Part shown: positions 61,796-64,000 of the stretch, in pieces
Position numbering within the stretch: the stretch's first letter is position 1
How the letters are laid out: every line of letters starts with the position of its first letter
From: Prochlorococcus sp. AG-679-K21
GTDB taxonomy: Bacteria > Cyanobacteriota > Cyanobacteriia > PCC-6307 > Cyanobiaceae
DNA: 64,000 nt
NCBI GenBank assembly: GCA_003208885.1
Contig: QCUP01000001.1
Location: 12,750-76,749, forward strand
Reading direction: 5' to 3'
Made by a program: the position numbers and the translations under genes
Notes under the pieces: generated by a model
Database searches by the model: none
What the model saw: the letters and a program-made list of their open reading frames with translations, nothing else
Told to the model about the DNA's origin: nothing

Positions 61796-62797
61796 ATGTC
61801 ACCCGAAACATTAGTTGAAAATAAATTAGCTACTATTTCATCTTTAAAATCTAGCAATGATGTAGATTTGGTTAGATCTTACTTAAGAGATATAGGACGA
61901 GTTCCACTATTATCACATGAGCAAGAAATAACTTTAGGTAGGCAAGTTCAAGAATATATGCAAGTTGAAAGAGCTGAAATCGAAATAATAGAACTTACTG
62001 ACAATAAACCTTCTGCAGAAGAATTAGCTGAAAAGTTAAACTTATCTACTTCACAAATCAAAAAAAGACTTAGAGCTGGTCAGCGAGCGAAAGAAAGAAT
62101 GGTTGCTGCAAATTTAAGACTAGTTGTTAGTGTTGCAAAAAAATATACAAAAAGAAACATGGAACTTCTTGATCTGATTCAAGAAGGAACAATTGGATTA
62201 GTTAGAGGTGTAGAAAAATTTGATCCTGCTAGAGGATATAAGTTTTCAACATACGCATATTGGTGGATTAGACAGGGTATTACAAGAGCAATTGCGGAAA
62301 AAAGTAGAGCTATTAGATTGCCAATCCACATAACAGAAATGCTTAACAAGTTAAAAAAAGGTCAAAGAGAGTTGAGTCAGGAAATGTCAAGAACACCTAC
62401 AATAAGTGAGCTTGCTAAATATGTTGAGTTACCAGAAGATGATGTTAAAGATTTAATGTGCAAAGCTGGTCAGCCAGTCAGTCTAGAAACAAAAGTTGGT
62501 GATGGTGAAGATACGGTTTTACTAGATTTGCTAGCTGGAGGAGAAGATCTACCGGATGAACAAATCGAAATGGACTGTATGAGAGGTGATTTACATTCAC
62601 TCCTACATCAGTTACCTGATTTGCAATGTAGAGTTTTAAGAATGAGATATGGCATGGATGGAGATGAGCCAATGTCCTTAACAGGTATTGGGCGTGTTTT
62701 GGGTATTAGTAGAGATAGGGTAAGAAATTTAGAAAGAGATGGTCTAAGAGGTTTGAGAAGATTAAGTGAAAGCGTAGAAGCTTACTTCGTATCTTGA
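61796..62797 (+). CDS. Group 2 sigma-70 factor (RpoD-type; likely start ATG 61796)
   Basis: DLVRSYLRDIGRVPLL (1.2), NLRLVVSVAKKY, DLIQEG, KFSTYAYWWIRQ, region-4 HTH; lacks region 1.1. Confidence 0.92.
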   Translation: MSPETLVENKLATISSLKSSNDVDLVRSYLRDIGRVPLLSHEQEITLGRQVQEYMQVERAEIEIIELTDNKPSAEELAEKLNLSTSQIKKRLRAGQRAKERMVAANLRLVVSVAKKYTKRNMELLDLIQEGTIGLVRGVEKFDPARGYKFSTYAYWWIRQGITRAIAEKSRAIRLPIHITEMLNKLKKGQRELSQEMSRTPTISELAKYVELPEDDVKDLMCKAGQPVSLETKVGDGEDTVLLDLLAGGEDLPDEQIEMDCMRGDLHSLLHQLPDLQCRVLRMRYGMDGDEPMSLTGIGRVLGISRDRVRNLERDGLRGLRRLSESVEAYFVS

Positions 62798-63696
62798 ATA
62801 AATTGATAGATTAAATTATTAGTCTCCTCTGGATTTTCATCATGAGGACAATGTCCAACCTCCTTAATAACATCTAGTCTTTTTATATTTTTATAATTAT
62901 CTTTCCAAGATTGTGCCTCGACCAAAGATTCCCAGGGATCTTTTTCCCCCCAAATTAACTGAATTGGAGCATCAACCTTATCAAACAGATCTGTTGCAAG
63001 ATAGTCATCAAATAAATTAATAAAACCCCGAAAAGCTTCTTTTGAATTTTTTCTTTGCGAAGGGTGATATAAAATTTCTATTAATTCTTCATCAATATTT
63101 TTTCCTGAGGGGTATGCTTTTTTAAGGATTTGTTTAATAATTGCTGGATTGGCAGCTCTTTCAAAAAGGGTATTACTAATAATTCTTTTACTTACTAATG
63201 TTTTTATTACAGGACGCAATAAGTTCATTAATACATCGCTTCTTTTAAGTCTCTTATCATCCATTGTTCTTTGGGCACAGTCAATTAAAACAAGGCCTTT
63301 GCAATTTTCTTTGAGAATTTCAGCAGCTTTTAAAGACACAACGCCACCGATTGAGTTGCCTACTAGATAAACAGGAGATTTAATTACCTCATTACAAAAA
63401 GTAGCGATCTGATTCCCCCATAGGTCAAAGGAATATTTAACATGATTTTCTTTGTAAGATTCATAATCTAATAAAGCCCCAGGTTGGCTACTTTCTCCAA
63501 AGCCTAGTAGGTCAATTGAATAACAATTATAAATATTTCCGAGAAAATCTTGATTATGTCTCCAATGTCGTTTTGATGCTCCAAAACCATGAATTAATAA
63601 AATATTTAAATTAACATTATTAGAGGATTGTTTTGCTGAAGACCATGATACATCCCAATCTTTCCATTTCCAATTTTCGGATTTTTTAAAAATCAT
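62782..63696 (-). CDS. Alpha/beta-fold hydrolase
   Basis: LIHGFGA, DLLGFG.S, GNSIGG nucleophile elbow, WGEKD, GHCPHDE. Confidence 0.9.
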   Translation of the reverse strand: MIFKKSENWKWKDWDVSWSSAKQSSNNVNLNILLIHGFGASKRHWRHNQDFLGNIYNCYSIDLLGFGESSQPGALLDYESYKENHVKYSFDLWGNQIATFCNEVIKSPVYLVGNSIGGVVSLKAAEILKENCKGLVLIDCAQRTMDDKRLKRSDVLMNLLRPVIKTLVSKRIISNTLFERAANPAIIKQILKKAYPSGKNIDEELIEILYHPSQRKNSKEAFRGFINLFDDYLATDLFDKVDAPIQLIWGEKDPWESLVEAQSWKDNYKNIKRLDVIKEVGHCPHDENPEETNNLIYQFIQDTK

Positions 63697-63727
63697 TAGA
63701 AGAAAAATATTAATTAAACTTTAATTC

Positions 63728-63741
63728 AAAAAAAAAAAAAA
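63728..63741. repeat. A14 homopolymer in a divergent intergenic region
   Basis: 14 consecutive A between the hydrolase and pfkB starts. Confidence 0.85.
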
Positions 63742-63785
63742 CGTTTTTGATTAATTATTCTTAGTTTAGAAAAAATTTTTAGTCT

Positions 63786-64000
63786 ATGAAAAAAACAAAA
63801 GTTGTTTGTATTGGAGAGGCTTTAATAGATAGAATTAAGAATAAAACTAATCAAGAATTTACAGATTTTTTGGGAGGAGCTCCTGCAAATGTAGCTTGTG
63901 CACTGAGAAAATTGAAAATAGATTCAGCATTTATTGGGCGTATAGGAAGTGATGAATTTGGTAAGAAATTTATTAAACAATTTAAAGAATTAGAAGTTAA
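63786..64000 (+). CDS. PfkB-family carbohydrate kinase (fructokinase-like), runs off window end
   Basis: Read by eye: MKKTKVVCIGEALID...GGAPANVACAL.KL...SAFIGRIGSDEFG. Confidence 0.88.
   Translation, partial: MKKTKVVCIGEALIDRIKNKTNQEFTDFLGGAPANVACALRKLKIDSAFIGRIGSDEFGKKFIKQFKELEV

Overview
AT-rich, gene-dense core-chromosome segment of a streamlined marine picocyanobacterium. It is most consistent with a high-light Prochlorococcus, based on psbZ-ribH, sqdB-sqdX, ycf37, ycf23, plmA, a group-2 sigma factor, tiny intergenic spacers and strong AT bias. It runs from speB/speE/mazG and valS through mnmG-dnaB, desC, gcvH/P, sqdBX, dnaX-clpX-clpP-tig, asd-dapA-rnj, uvrB, mutS, secA and gyrB to a partial pfkB kinase, with two tRNAs (Val-TAC, Gly-GCC). 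I see no CRISPR array, IS element, integrase, prophage or intein, and no clear-cut new multi-gene system. The best leads are: a phage/T4-type ATP-dependent DNA ligase in core context next to a SprT zinc protease; an unannotated XRE-like HTH protein divergent from the desaturase desC; a frameshifted mazG; Arg-tract tails resembling the RNase E PNPase-binding motif on RNase J and on a disordered hypothetical protein; a probable CTG-initiated chorismate lyase in frame with mnmG; a missed 50-aa ORF; and a small islet after tRNA-Gly. All family calls come from motif recognition by eye; no database searches were run.
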